A model generated the notes under the pieces. That model worked only from the letters and a program-made list of their open reading frames with translations. It had not been told where the DNA came from and did not search any database. A stretch of DNA of 64,000 nucleotides from Octopus vulgaris (Eukaryota). Below are positions 39,286 through 58,070 of this stretch, in pieces. Both the position numbers and the translations under genes were made by a program. Numbering within the stretch: position 1 is the stretch's first letter; each line of letters opens with the position of its first letter. The DNA lies in assembly GCA_951406725.2 (NCBI GenBank), contig OX597815.1:178560001-178624000 (forward strand), written 5' to 3'.

Positions 39286-40094
39286 ATAATAATAATAAAA
39301 ACAATGATAATAACAATAATAATAACAACAATAATAATAATAATAATAATAATAGTAGTAGTACGTCAGAATTTCCGACCGCGAGTGTTACATCTATTCA
39401 ATGAACCTAACTACCTTCTGTTTAGGTGGTTGAGTATTCCGATGTCACATGTTCCCTTAATGTAAACCTTAGCTAGAATCAGTGTGATGCAATGTGATCC
39501 AAGGGTGCCCCTTTCAATTATATACACAATCCTTATGATGACCTTCCACACCGATCCCGTCTACCCAATTTTTCCTTCACATGGCTTAGGTTGAGCCTGG
39601 GGCTATTTGTAAGCGACATCAGAGAAAACCTTCACGGAGCAAAGATCGAACACGGGACTTCTCGATAACGAAGTGAGCAGTTTGACCATTTTAGCCGTAC
39701 TAGTTGTAGAACATAAAGAACAAACTACTTCGATAAACATTGATTTAAAAGTAAGACAAGTAGAAAAGTATTCAAAAACAATTAAAATCACTAAATTAAA
39801 CAACAAACACGGAAATGTAGAAACATCAAGGAGGCTTAAACTAGATTTTGTTTCACTGTCTGTCAAAAACAACACAGCACACACACACACACACACACAT
39901 ACACACACACACATACGCACACAGACACACACACACACACACACACTCCCTCACACATGCATGTACATACACAAGTGAATATCCACCTATATCCTCACAC
40001 ACAGACATACACACAGATGCACATACACAAACACGCCTGCATACATATAATATATACATACAAACATACACAAACATCTAAATATATATACATA

Positions 40095-40125
<31 letters not shown>

Positions 40126-40194
40126 CTGTGTGTGTGTATGTATATATATATATATACATATCTCTGTGTGTGTATGTATATATATATACATATC

Positions 40195-40245
<51 letters not shown>

Positions 40246-40373
40246 ATTTGTCTGTCTATACACACAGGCATACATAATGCATGAACGCATACAATATATA
40301 TACACACGTATACACATACATACAGACACACATAAGCAGCCATGTCAAATCACACATGCAGCCTTACAATCCA

Positions 40374-40447
<74 letters not shown>

Positions 40448-40579
40448 GAGACAGATGGACAGGCAGACGGACATGTTAGCACAGACACGCATACGTGCAT
40501 ACAGTATAAGGCAAAAAAGGTCATACACACTCGCATCCATGCAACCTTACAAACCATACACACAAGCATGTGAACACAA

Positions 40580-40611
<32 letters not shown>

Positions 40612-40672
40612 GCAGACACACAAGTGTATATAATATAATATAAAGACGCGATTAGAGAAATGCACACAGCAA

Positions 40673-40734
<62 letters not shown>

Positions 40735-40907
40735 TATAAAGACAGACACACACGGATATTCGTAGAAATGCCTACACACACACACACACACTGACGAATA
40801 CACGCGCTTACAAATGACACACAGATATGCAAATGACAAACAGGAAGAACTAGAAACACATGTAGCAATGCGCGTGCACACACACGCACAGATCACGTGT
40901 ATATATG

Positions 40908-40946
<39 letters not shown>

Positions 40947-41484
40947 ATACATACATATATACACACATACACACACACATACACGCGCGTGCAAGCAGGA
41001 CAGTAAGATATTCAGGATGGCTTCTGTTGTCACAGATTGATTGCTTCAGTCTTCTTGCCATCGTCTCTCTCGTTCTCTCACTCGTTCACTCATTCTCTCC
41101 AGCCATTGTTCTGTCGTCTCTCTCTAGCTGTCCATTTCTCTCTCTCTCTCTCTCTTTCACCCTTTTTTCTCATTTTCTCTCTGCCTCTCTTCCTCGTTCT
41201 TTCTTTCTTTCTTTCTCTATTCACTTCTCTATCTGGCATGGTTGTGTGGATCAGAAGGATGCCTTTCCAATCACGACGTTTCGCTTTCGATATCACTGCA
41301 TGCCACTTTTAACAAATTAATTTCTCATTTAGCCTCCGAACGTCCCCCACACAGTTTTACCTCCATATGTATGTATATACACACATTTTTACCTCCATGT
41401 GTGTGTGTATATATATATATATATTTACATGTATATATATATATATATATTTATATGTATATATATATATATATATATTTACAC

Positions 41485-41544
<60 letters not shown>

Positions 41545-41657
41545 GTATATATATATATATTTACATATGTATATATATGTATGTATATATGTATATATAT
41601 ATATGTATATATGTATATATATATATGTATATATGTATATATATATATGTGTATATG

Positions 41658-41690
<33 letters not shown>

Positions 41691-41705
41691 GTATATATAT
41701 ATATG

Positions 41706-41768
<63 letters not shown>

Positions 41769-41769
41769 G

Positions 41770-41850
<81 letters not shown>

Positions 41851-42694
41851 GTATATATATATGTATATATATATATATAAGATATATATATGTATATATA
41901 TATGTAAAATGGGCAAGTGATATATATGTATATATATATGTATATATATATAAGAGGCCTTTGCGCTCGAAATAAATATGTTTTAAATGTAAATATGTGT
42001 ATGAATACTGTGTATGATATGAATAAATAATAATTTATTATATATGAGATTTATTAAAAGAATGAGTGAAGAGAGTGAAATAAGAAGTTATTTTCGGGTA
42101 TAAAAGAACTTTTAGAATAAAAAATTTAAAATATAAAAGCTTTTTATATATATATATATGTATTTATATGTAAAACATTGATGTGTGTGTATGCGTGGCT
42201 GTGTGGTAAGTAGCTTGTTTACAACCACATGGTTACAGTCCCACTGCGTGGCACCTTGGGCAAGTGTCTTCTACTATAGCCACGGGCCGACCAAAGCCTT
42301 GTGAGTGGATTTGGTAGACGGAAACTGAAAGAAGTCCGTCGTATATATGTATATATGTGTGTGTGTGTCTATGTGTGTCTGTGTTTGAAGCTTTGACAAC
42401 CGATGCTGGTGTGTTTATGTCCCCGTTACTTAGCGGTTCGGCAAAAGAGAACGATAGAATAAGTACTGGGCTTCCAAAATAATAAGTCCCGAGATCGAGT
42501 TGCTCGATTAAAGGCGGTAAATACTTTGAAATATAAATAAAAAAGAGTATATACACACATATACATACAACTCAAGATGACAAAACGGAATATATATTGT
42601 TCAATATATATTTTTCAATATGCTATATATTGGCCTCAACACAGCTGAATATCGAACTGGCTCACCATAAATTTAAAAAAAAAAGTTAATAACA

Positions 42695-42763
42695 TGCGTC
42701 GGCCGGGAGTCGAACCCGGATCGACTGTAACATAACCATGCTAACCGTATACACCACCGACGC
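42695..42763 (-). pseudogene. tRNA-Gly-derived gene with the anticodon arm replaced
   Basis: GCGTCGGTGGTGTATACGGTTAGCATGGTTATGTTACAGTCGATCCGGGTTCGACTCCCGGCCGACGCA. Perfect acceptor and T stems, A and B boxes, T10 terminator ~10 nt downstream. The 17-nt anticodon arm is replaced by 13 nt with no anticodon loop. Confidence 0.8.
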
Positions 42764-42933
42764 TGCTACGCTCCTAAAGATTTCTATACATGTATTGTAT
42801 ACATATATTGTAAGTCAACAGTGATCAGTTTACTAGCATTGTGTTGTTCACTGACATAGATGAGTGGAAAATTTACACATTAAAACATTACAAAAAAAAT
42901 CTTTACTTTCAAACATATATACATACATATACA

Positions 42934-42966
<33 letters not shown>

Positions 42967-43249
42967 GGTATATATATATATTCCGTTAGAAAAGCAGCAG
43001 AATGATAATTAGCTCTTTGGCAGCTTGTAATTAACGGCGCTAATTATTTACTAAATACAATATTACTTAAATGTGTGTGAAATAAATAGAAATATAACAA
43101 ACACATCTGCTGACACAGGTCAAATATAATATGTGTTGCGCAGCATATACATGTCACTGGACAGAGAGAGAGAGAGGGGAGGGTGGGAGAGCATTAGTAA
43201 AAAAAAGGGAAAGTGAACTGGTTTATCATTGGAAATTGAAACAGGATTA

Positions 43250-44418
<1,169 letters not shown>

Positions 44419-44518
44419 NNNNNNNNNNNNNNNNNNNNNNNNNNNNNNNNNNNNNNNNNNNNNNNNNNNNNNNNNNNNNNNNNNNNNNNNNNNNNNNNNN
44501 NNNNNNNNNNNNNNNNNN
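44419..44518. other. Assembly gap (100 N)
   Basis: N run. Confidence 1.
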
Positions 44519-45053
44519 CTTCTTCTTCTTTGTCTTCTTCCTCTCTGCCACCTCCTTCCTTACTTTACAACTATTGCTGCTTAGAATAACACCTATGCAA
44601 ATATTATAAATAATACATTCAAAAGAGATGTCTCAAGAATTCAAGCATTACAACCACCCACAACAAGTCACTTCAGGGCACTTGACCATTTAACATCCTA
44701 TTACTATCATGGCACTCGCATTCTTCTCCTCCTCCTCCTCCTCCTTCCTCTTCTTCTTCTTCTTCTTCTTCTTCTTCTTCTTCTTCTTCTTCTTCTTCTT
44801 CTTCTTCTTCTTCTTCTTCTTCACAATGACCTCAAACCCACAAGAGTACACAAAGAGAGAAAGAAAGGCATTTTTTACTTTTACATTTTTTCCATATATA
44901 TCAACTCGTGTGTTATATTTATGTATGTATATATGTACTCGTCCATATTTGTACATATGCGCGTGTATCTAGTTGTATGTATATGCCCATTTACTTGGAT
45001 GTCCGTGTGTGAACATATGTGTGTGAACATATACATAACATATGTATATGTTC

Positions 45054-45091
<38 letters not shown>

Positions 45092-45849
45092 CTGCTAATA
45101 TATATTTGCATAGGTGACTAACAATAAAATCAGAGGAAGGTATGCCAAAGAAGAAGACACAAGAAGAAGGGAAGAGAAGAGAATAAATAATAATACAATG
45201 ATATATATTATATATATGAGTGTTTTTAATAATGGGCATCTCAAATATTTCTAATATGCAGATATTCAAGGCCACTGCAAAATCGTTGTTGTGACATTCA
45301 AGTATGATTTAAATAAAGACTCACAACAGACAATGACTCCTGGCAGAAACTGAATCATAACCTTTGCAGCTGGCATGTATATGTGGAAACTGGTATAAAT
45401 AGAGTCCTCTATCAGAAACCTGAAGTGAAGTGATCACCACTTGAAGAATGACTTGCTGCCCGACCAGTTTCCAGGGCACAGTCGGCTCACCTCAGGATGT
45501 GTATGTGTTGTGACAGCTATTGGGAATATCTCACGAACTTTGTATGTGTGTCATCTAAATACATCTGATTTCTCCTCTTTGTGTGATATTTGTCAGGTGT
45601 ATGTGGGATCCATTAAATGCAAAACCTGCGGTGTTCCGCAGTGACCATGTTTTGGATATCTATCATAATAGATCTAAGCAATGATATGCTGTCTCTGGTT
45701 TTGAAGGATATATTATTTATGATTTAATAAAAATTTCGGTTTGTAGGGTAGTGGAGGTGAATGCAATAGCAGTATGCTAGAAGACTGTGTAAAGGAAGAA
45801 AGGAGAGAAATGAGAGAGAGAGAGAAGAGAAGAATAAAAAAATGGCTGA

Positions 45850-49280
<3,431 letters not shown>

Positions 49281-49524
49281 CTCTTTTACTCTTTTACTCT
49301 TTTACTTGTTTCAGCCATCCGGCTGAGGCCATGCTGGGGCACCGCCCTTGTTGCTACCCTCTCTAAGTCCAGTTTGCCGTGGCTGGCCACTGATCTAAGA
49401 GAGAGTTTGTAGCTGCTGCCCTTAGGTTACCTTCGTACCTTGCAGTGGGTTCATCTGGGATCCCGGAAAGCAGCTTGTCTAGATGTTTTTTGAAAATGTC
49501 CACATCCGCATCATGTAGATCTCT

Positions 49525-49624
49525 NNNNNNNNNNNNNNNNNNNNNNNNNNNNNNNNNNNNNNNNNNNNNNNNNNNNNNNNNNNNNNNNNNNNNNNNNNNN
49601 NNNNNNNNNNNNNNNNNNNNNNNN
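49525..49624. other. Assembly gap (100 N)
   Basis: N run. Confidence 1.
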
Positions 49625-49789
49625 ACACAAAGACCTGTTGAGGCAAGCGAAGTCGATATCGAACCTCATCCAACGACAGGCACCCTTTGCTTGCGAAGAC
49701 CTGTTGGGGCAAGTGAAATCGGAATCGAAATTGAACCAATCCTATGACTGGCACCCAGCAGATGCCAGGACTCCTGGACTGGAGATACG

Positions 49790-50160
49790 TAAAAAGCACT
49801 ATCCGAATCGTGGCCGATGCCAGCATCGCCTCGACTGGCTTCCGTGTCGGTGGCACGTAAAAAGCACCATCCGAATCGTGGCCGAAGTCAGTGCCGCCTC
49901 GACTGGCTTCCATGCAGGTGGCATGTAAAATGCACCAATCCGACCATGGCTGATGCCAGCCTCGCCTGGCACCAGTGCAGGTGGCACGTAAAAAGCACCC
50001 ACCACACTCATGGAGTGGTTGGCGTTAGGAAGGGCATCCAGCTGTAGAAACATTGCCAAATAAGACCGGAGCCTGGTGCAGCCTTCTGGCTTCCCAGATC
50101 CCCGGTCGAACTGTCCAACCCATGCTAGTATGGAGAACAGACGTTAAACGATGATGATGA
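49790..50160 (+). mobile_element. RTE-related short element, family G (TGGCGTTAGGAAGGGCATCCAGC..GGACGTTAAACGATGATG)
   Basis: Further copies at 52290-53060(-), 55640-55805, 56275-56600(-), 57240-57410, 58680-58985, 59027-59260(-), 60300-60480(-), 61725-61910, 62395-62560(-), 63535-63790. Confidence 0.75.
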
Positions 50161-51770
50161 TACATACATACATATACATACATACATACGTAATTACATA
50201 CATATACATACGTAATTACATACATATACATACGTAATTACATACATATATATATACACATACATATATACATACACACACATATATACATACACACACA
50301 TATATACACACATATATATATATATACACACACATATATATATACACACACATATATATATATACACACATATATATATATACACACATATATATATATA
50401 CACACATATATATATATATACACACACATATATACATACACACATATATATATATATACACACATACATACACATATATACACACATACATATATATATA
50501 GATACACACACACATATATATATATATACACACATACATATATATATACACACATACATATATATATACACACATACATATATATACACACATATATATA
50601 TACACATATATATATATACACACATATATATACACACATATATATATACACACACACATATATACACACATATATATATATACACACACATATACACACA
50701 CACACATATATATATACACACACACACATATATATATACACACACACACATATATATATACACACACACACATATATATACACACACATACATATATATA
50801 TATACACACACATACACATATATATACACACACACACATATATATATATACACACATACATATATATATATACACACATACATATATATATATACACACA
50901 CATACATACATATATATATATACACACACATACATACATATATATATATACACATACATACATATATATATATACACACACATACATACATACACGTACA
51001 TACATATATATACATACACACATATATACGTACATATATATACATACATATGTACGTACATACATACGTACGTATATACATACATATATATATATTTACA
51101 TATTATATATATATACAACGGACTTCTTTCCAGTGTTTGTCTACCAAATCCACTCACAAGGCTTTGGTCGGCCTAAGGCTATAGTAGAAGGCACTTGCCC
51201 AAGGTACCACACAGTGGGATTGAACCCAAAACCATGTGGTTGGTAAGCAAGCTACTTACCACACAGCCACTCTATGCTGCTTGCTAGTACAATATTGGTA
51301 CTTATTTTATTGAAGGCATCAAATTCCAGAAAGGCATGAAGTTGAAATTATACAACTTAAATATTCAAAGTGTTTTAGCCAAGTTTTCTCGTATCTGTTT
51401 GTTAACCAACTTATCATTATTAATCATTTAATGAAGAGTAATGTTGGAAGAAATTACACACACCACAATTTTTTAACCCTTTAGTACTGAAACAGGCCTT
51501 GGCCGCCTAAAATATTCTGTGTAGATGGTCAAAGCAGCCAATTGTGGCCTCTCACACCTACCCTACAATGTCATTCTAAATATTAAATATTAAGCAATCA
51601 CATCATCAAAATCTCAAAGCTATGAGATGATTCATGATTCATGATTAATTCAGAATAATGTGAATTGCCAAAGAGTTGAAGGTCGGTTGGCACAGGGCCC
51701 CATATTTTGAATGAAGTCCTTTGCATTGACCCCAAGAACCGGACACTAATTCCTTTCAAAACAATATTAC

Positions 51771-51980
51771 TGGTTTCAAATTTTTGCAGAAGACCAGCAA
51801 TTTGGGGTGAGGGTGCTAGTCGATTACATTGACACCAGGATGCAACTGGTACTTAATTGATTGACCCCTGAAAGGATGAAAGGCAAAGTCAACCCTGGCC
51901 GAATTTGAACTCAAAATGTCAACACAGACGAAATGCTGCCAAGCATTTTGTAATGGTTCTGGCCAGTTCACAGCCTTACC
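51771..51980 (-). mobile_element. Family A SINE, CpG-decayed
   Basis: Core recognisable with several CG->TG/CA changes. Confidence 0.75.
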
Positions 51981-52379
51981 AACAACTCATGTTACTGACA
52001 TGTGAAGGAGGGGAGAGGCTTGATAAGGCATATAACCCCTGACACAGCAAAACGCAAATAACATTGAGTTGTTATGGTGGATGACTGCTGAAAATTTGTG
52101 TCAATCCTCTCAGCCGTTAGTTTTTAATTTTATCAACTTTGGAAGGATACAAAAAAAGAATCAAACCATTGAATTCCCTGAAATGAAACCCATTTAACCT
52201 TCTCTCCCACCACATCTAAACAAAACATTCACATATCAATAGAAATACTTTCTACTTAAGGCCACAGCTCAGTAACCCAAATCCTATCTAATCATCATCA
52301 CTGTTTAACATCTGCCTTCCATGCTGGCATGGGTTGGACGGTTTAACAGGAGCTGGCCTGCACCAGACTTCTGTGACTG

Positions 52380-53030
52380 TTTTGGCAGGGTTTTTACAAC
52401 TGGATGCCCTTCCTAACACCAACCACTCAGCAGAGTGGACTTTGTGCTTTTTATGTGGCACAAGCACAGGTGAGGTCAGTTTTGGCAAGGTTTTTACAGC
52501 TGGATGCCCTTCCTAACACCAACCACTCAGCAGAGTGGACTTTGTGCTTTTTATGTGGCACAAGCACAGGTGAGGTCAGTTTTGGCAAGGTTTTTACAAC
52601 TGGATGCCCTTCCTAACACCAACCACTCAGCAGAGTGGAGCGAGTGCTTTTTATGTGGCACAAGCACAGGTGAGGTCAGTCTTGGCAAGGTTTTTACAAC
52701 TGGATGCCCTTCCTAACACCAACCACTCAGCAGAGTGGAGCGAGTGCTTTTTATGTGGCACAAGCACAGGTGAGGTCAGTTTTGGCAAGGTTTTTACAAC
52801 TGGATGCCCTTCCTAACACCAACCACTCAGCAGAGTGGAGCAAGTGCTTTTTATGTGGCACAAGCACAGGTGAGGTCAGTTTTGGCAAGGTTTTTACAAC
52901 TGGATGCCCTTCCTAACACCAACCACTCAGCAGAGTGGAGCGAGTGCTTTTTATGTGGCACAAGCACAGGTGAGGTCAGTTTTGGCAAGGTTTTTACAAC
53001 TGGATGCCCTTTCAAATGCCAACCACTTTA
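52380..53030 (+). repeat. 100-bp tandem repeat x~6.5 derived from family G
   Basis: TGGATGCCCTTCCTAACACCAACCACTCAGCAGAGTGGA.. at 52401, 52501 ... 53001. Confidence 0.95.
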
Positions 53031-53249
53031 CAATGTGGACTGCATGCATTTAAGTGGCACCTGCACTGGCAGAGTCACCTTGCAAGACAATTGATCAGGT
53101 ATTTTGACCACAAAACTTATTTTCTGCTAATTCTGTCATCTACAGTCCTAAATTCAAAAATAGCCATACTAAACTCTAAGATTAATAAGACTTTATCAGA
53201 GACAAATATTTCATGAACATTCCAAATTTCTAGTCTGTTTTGTTTTAAT

Positions 53250-54144
53250 ATTTACATCAATAAAAACGCTGGAATTAAAAGGTAGACGAGGGAGAAGAGA
53301 AAGGAATGAAAGAATAAGATAAGGGAGAGAGTGAAAAGGGTGAACATGAAGGAGACAAAGAAGCCATGTGAGAGAGAAATAGGTGAAGAAAGAGAAGAAT
53401 CGGTTATTTTATATATATTTATTATTTCCTTTGAGCTGTCAAAGCAATTGTTGTTGTAGAAACAACAAGGCTGAGAGAAGTTATGGTAATAAACAATAAA
53501 AGGAAAAGTCAGAATTCTTGGACACATATCTACCAATACCAATTTGCCTAGCAGATATTTCGTCTTCTTTCAGTTCTTTTTTGGGAGGTTTTTTTTTTTG
53601 TTTTCCTGAAAGTTTTTTTTTTTTATTTATTTTAATATTTTATTTGTGGAGGAGGTGTTACAATTTGTTTGTATGAGAGCGTTTATGTGTGGATGTGTGT
53701 GTGTGCTTTTATTTTTTTCTTTTATTTTTTTTTTTTGTAATATTTTTTTGCTTGGAATTTCTGTTCATTTAGTTTTCAGCTAACAATACGAGAAGCTGAA
53801 TATCAGCTGTCATTTGGAAATGTTTATCTGTCTCTGACAGTTTGGAGGAGGAAGAGGAGGAGAGAGAAGAGAGAAAGAGTCACAAAAAAAAAAAAAAATG
53901 ACCTATGTCCATCTGGTTTGGCAGATTGATCATCTTGCTATCTTTCCATTTGGTTAATAACAAAGCAGACCATGTGTTGTTGTTGCCACCATCTGTGATC
54001 TTCCTGCTGCTCTTTTCTGCTTCCTGCCCCAGTGCCGCCGCCACCAGCAACTGCAACCAACCAACCCCCCCACCTTGTACATACAGGCATACATACACCA
54101 CATCACTAACTGCCAAACCAACCACCGACACTAGTAAGCCACTA
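53250..54144 (-). other. Probable CDC27 3' UTR
   Basis: Largely transposon-free sequence directly downstream of the stop codon. AATAAA candidates on the minus strand (e.g. 53418-53423 and ~53623). The true end cannot be determined. Confidence 0.5.
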
Positions 54145-54275
54145 TCACAAACTCTCATCGCTCTCCATGGCCTGCAGTTGAAGGTCCTCATGATCAATAT
54201 TGGAAATGTTAGAGGAATTGCTACGAGAAGCAGCCTCTTGAGAATCAGCCTCTCCACCGTTGTCATCAACACCAA
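54145..54275 (-). CDS. CDC27: CDC27/APC3 terminal coding exon
   Basis: Acceptor ttttgcag|TT at 54276/54275 joins the phase-1 G of the upstream exon (GTT=V), giving VGVDDNGGEADSQEAASRSNSSNISNIDHEDLQLQAMESDESL* with TGA TAG double stop. The end resembles the human CDC27 C-terminus (...QLHAAESDEF). Confidence 0.88.
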
Positions 54276-54959
54276 CTGCAAAACGAGCAAAACAGAGAGA
54301 AAGAGAATAAATACAAAATATTATGGACCTGCTCAATCTAAACAAGACATTTAGTAAAAAAAAATAAATAAAAACCTATTAATATCACTTGAGTTTTTTT
54401 TTGTTGTTGGATGTTTTTTTTTTTTTTTTTACAATTTTTCAAAGATAAGAGAGACATTTTTCAACCAAAGAAATAATAAAGATACACAATAAGTGGGAGA
54501 TTTCAAGTGTTGGATTACTTGACTGATGATATTGCTAAGGAATCGTAACTTTAGCCAGTCATTAGTCATTGTGTGAGATTCTATAAGAAGGTATGTAACT
54601 CTGCTTGACTTGAGAAAGGCAAACGAACCAATTCTGTAGAAGCATCGAAGTGGTTAATAATGGGAGAGGAAGGGCAGACAGCTACGAAAACAAAACCTGG
54701 ATCTTAATCCACGGTTGCTAAACAAGCTAAAAACAAAATCTTCCACAAAGACTTGGGCGTGGCTAGGCACAGACCTGCCTCAGTGCTAAGCAGCTTGCTT
54801 CTCAGCCGCATGCTTCCAGGTTCAGTCCCACTGCATGATACCTTGGGCAAGTGTCTTCTCTCATAGCGACGGGCCAACAAAAGCCTTCTGAGAGGATTTG
54901 GTAAACAGAAGCTGAAAGAAACCCGTTGTGTATTTGTGAATATTTATATACATACATAC

Positions 54960-55405
54960 ACAGGGCCTCTCGCTCAGGATGAACGGTAGACTGTATGATG
55001 CATGTGTGCAAACTGCCATGCTACATGGCAGTGAAACATGGGCCGTGACTGCTGAGGACATGCAGAGGCTTAAAAGAAGTGAAGCTAATATGATCTGCTG
55101 GATGCGTAATGTCAGTGTGCATACACGACAGAGTATAAACACCCTGAGAGAAAAGTTGGAACATAAGAAGCATCAAATGTGGTGTGCAAGAGAGACTGTG
55201 CTGGTATGGCCATGCGTTATGTATGAATGAAGACAGCTGTATGAGGAAGTGCCACTCCCTAACTGTAGAAGGAACCTGTGGAAGAAGTAGACCCAGGAAG
55301 ACATGGGATGATGTGGTGCAGCATGATCTCCAAACTTTGGACCTCACAGAGGCAATGACTTGTGACCGAGACCTTTAGCGGTATGCAGTGCTTGAGAAGA
55401 CCCAA
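54960..55405 (+). mobile_element. RTE-clade LINE, 3' ORF fragment
   Basis: GRLYDACVQTAMLHGSETWAVT..RL..MICWM / RLCWYGHAL..GTCGRSRPRKTWDDVV matches RTE C-terminal motifs (YGxETW, RLxWxGH, GRPxxxW). Confidence 0.85.
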
Positions 55406-56236
55406 GTGAAATCATAGTCATGGGTGATGCTGGTGCCACGTAACCAGCAGCTATGCAGGCACCTTTCGAGCATTGAGCTTCACGGAGGCAAAGTGGTCGA
55501 GCTCCTTTCAAGTGTTGGGCCCCATAGAGGCAATGACCAAGACCTTTGGCATTATGTCGTGTTTGAAAAGAAGAGCCACCAAGCCAGGTAAAAATCAGTT
55601 ATGGCAGATACCAGTATCACGCAAATGGCACACATACAAGGCACCCATTACACTCTCAAAGTGGTTGGCGTTAGGAAAGGCATCCAGCCATAGAAGCTAT
55701 GCCAAATCAGGGACTGGAGTGTGGTGCAACCTTCCAGCTTCCCAGCCCTGGTCAAACCATCCACCCTATGCTAGCATGGACAACAGACATTAAATGATGA
55801 TGATGATTGATGTACATGTGTGTGTGTCTCACCGCTTGACAATCGGTGCTGATAGCTTTACGTCCCTCTAACTTAGCAGTTCAGCAAAAGAGACAGAATA
55901 AGCACCAGTCTTTAAAAAATAAGTCCTGGGATCGATTCATTTGACTAAAAATTCTTCAAAGGTGATGCCCCAGCATGGCCGCATCCAGAGAGAAAAGACA
56001 GAGAAATAGTAAGCAAAAAGTAAACGAAGCAGACTTAAGCATGAAGTGAGATCAATAAAGTCCCTTCACGTTGATTTGGAAAACAACTTGAAGGGGCTTG
56101 AAGGGACTTGAAAACATGGCAGCTAACAGGTTTGGATCTCATGTTTTTGCCATGTCTGAGGAATAGTCTTTACATTTACAAAGCACAACTCATTCCACAT
56201 TTTCCATCATCATTGAAAGAAGGCAACAAATGAAAG

Positions 56237-56271
<35 letters not shown>

Positions 56272-56871
56272 CCATCATTTAACGTCCACATTCCAAGCTG
56301 ATATGGGTTGGACAGTCTGATAGGATTCGAAAGGCCCCCAAGATTTTTTAAGTTTCCCTCTGGACCCAATCATAGTTTCCCATGTGCACTCCCCAATGGG
56401 TCATCAAACCAAACGCCACTTGAGTGCCAATCGGCCTTGTTTATCGTTGAAACTACAATGGTATCTGATCATCTTTGAACCTCCAACTTTCACTCTTGAT
56501 CAACGAAGACATGCTTGCCACCCGCCATCCCTGCACTGCTTTGGCATGGCTTCTATCACTGAATGCCCTTCCTAATACCAACCACTTTACAGTATGTTCC
56601 AGGCTTCCAATTTACTGTACAAGCATGTTCAGCTATTGAAAAAAAGTCTGTTAACTGGAAAGAGGTGAGGATTGGTGACAAGAAAAACCAGATAACAGCT
56701 GGAGATAACTTGCCTTAAATCAAATCTGACCAATCACATGGATGAAAAACTGGCCATTACTATACTGATGACCATCAGCAATATCTTTTTATGTCCATTT
56801 CCCATATATATGGGTGTTTACATATATATACTCCTACACACAAACATCTATATATATATATATATAATAAA

Positions 56872-56918
<47 letters not shown>

Positions 56919-57069
56919 TATATGGGTACAGGACATCACCAATGGTTCAAACAACATGAAACATGTAAACAAACAGGTTAAATATGTAAACGAGAAAACA
57001 AATGGAAAGCAGGACAAGTAAATACAGAGAAAGGACCCTTCATCAGTTGTCGGCTGTCTATCTACTCCT

Positions 57070-57107
<38 letters not shown>

Positions 57108-57694
57108 ATATCCATGTATCTACTCCTAAGACACCTATATCTGTCCCTTCTACATTTTAAATTTCTCAACTGACATAAAAACCACACACCCTCAATACAA
57201 CTCCCACTTTTCTTGCCCTGCAAGTTAATTTTGGTGACCTCAGTGGTGCTGGTGCCACATAAAAAGCACCCAGTAAACTCTGTAAAGTGGTTGGCACTAG
57301 GAAGGGCATCCAGCCATAGAAACCATGCCTAAACAGCCTGGGACAGCTCCTGTTGAATCATTCCGACCCATGCCAGCATGGAAAACAGATGTTTGATGAT
57401 GATGATGATGAATCTAAATATATACATTCTTAGCTTTGCATTCACATAGAAATTTGGAGTGAATAGTTTTAGGATGGTTGGGTCTGCAATTTCAGTTTCT
57501 TCAGAATCAAGTAATCAAGAGATATCTATTTCTAGACCAAAGTGCCAGTCTTTCACAGTTATCTTCCAAGCATCTGATATTTAATCCTGACAACTGTGAA
57601 GTGAGGGCTGTAGAAGAAATGAAATACTTGCAATCCAATCTCTCGTGCCCCCAGCCAGGTTACCTGATTTGCAATAAATATATACATAGGCTCA

Positions 57695-58070
57695 GGGGTG
57701 GCTGTGTGGTAAGAAGCTTGCTTACTAACCACATGGTTCTGGGTTCAGTCCCACTGCATGGCACCTTGGGCAAGTGTCTTTTACTATAGCCTCAGGCCAC
57801 TCAAAGCCCTTATAAGTGGATTTGGTTGACGGAAACTGAAAGAAGCCCGTCGTATGTGTGTGTGTGTGTGTGTGTGTGTCTATGCTGTCCCCCACTATCG
57901 CTTGATGACCAATGTTAGTGTGTTTACATCCCTGTAACTTAGTGGTTCAGACAAAGGGTCCAATAGAATAAATACTAGGCTTACAAAGAATAAGTCCTGG
58001 GGTAAATTTGTTCAGCTAACGGTGGTGCTGCAGCATGGCCGCAGTCAAATGACAAACAAGTAAAAGAAAA
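57695..58070 (+). mobile_element. Bipartite SINE family B/C, CpG-decayed, in the CDC27 last intron
   Basis: Same B/C structure as 6450-6890. Confidence 0.8.

Noticed and set aside
53880-54354. 136-aa (-) and 149-aa (+) ORFs over the CDC27 last exon
   Set aside because: Alternative frames; only the frame ending ESDESL fits the splice phase and homology.
57030-57060. CTGATGA on the minus strand (also at ~10010)
   Set aside because: No GAAA or helix III follows.
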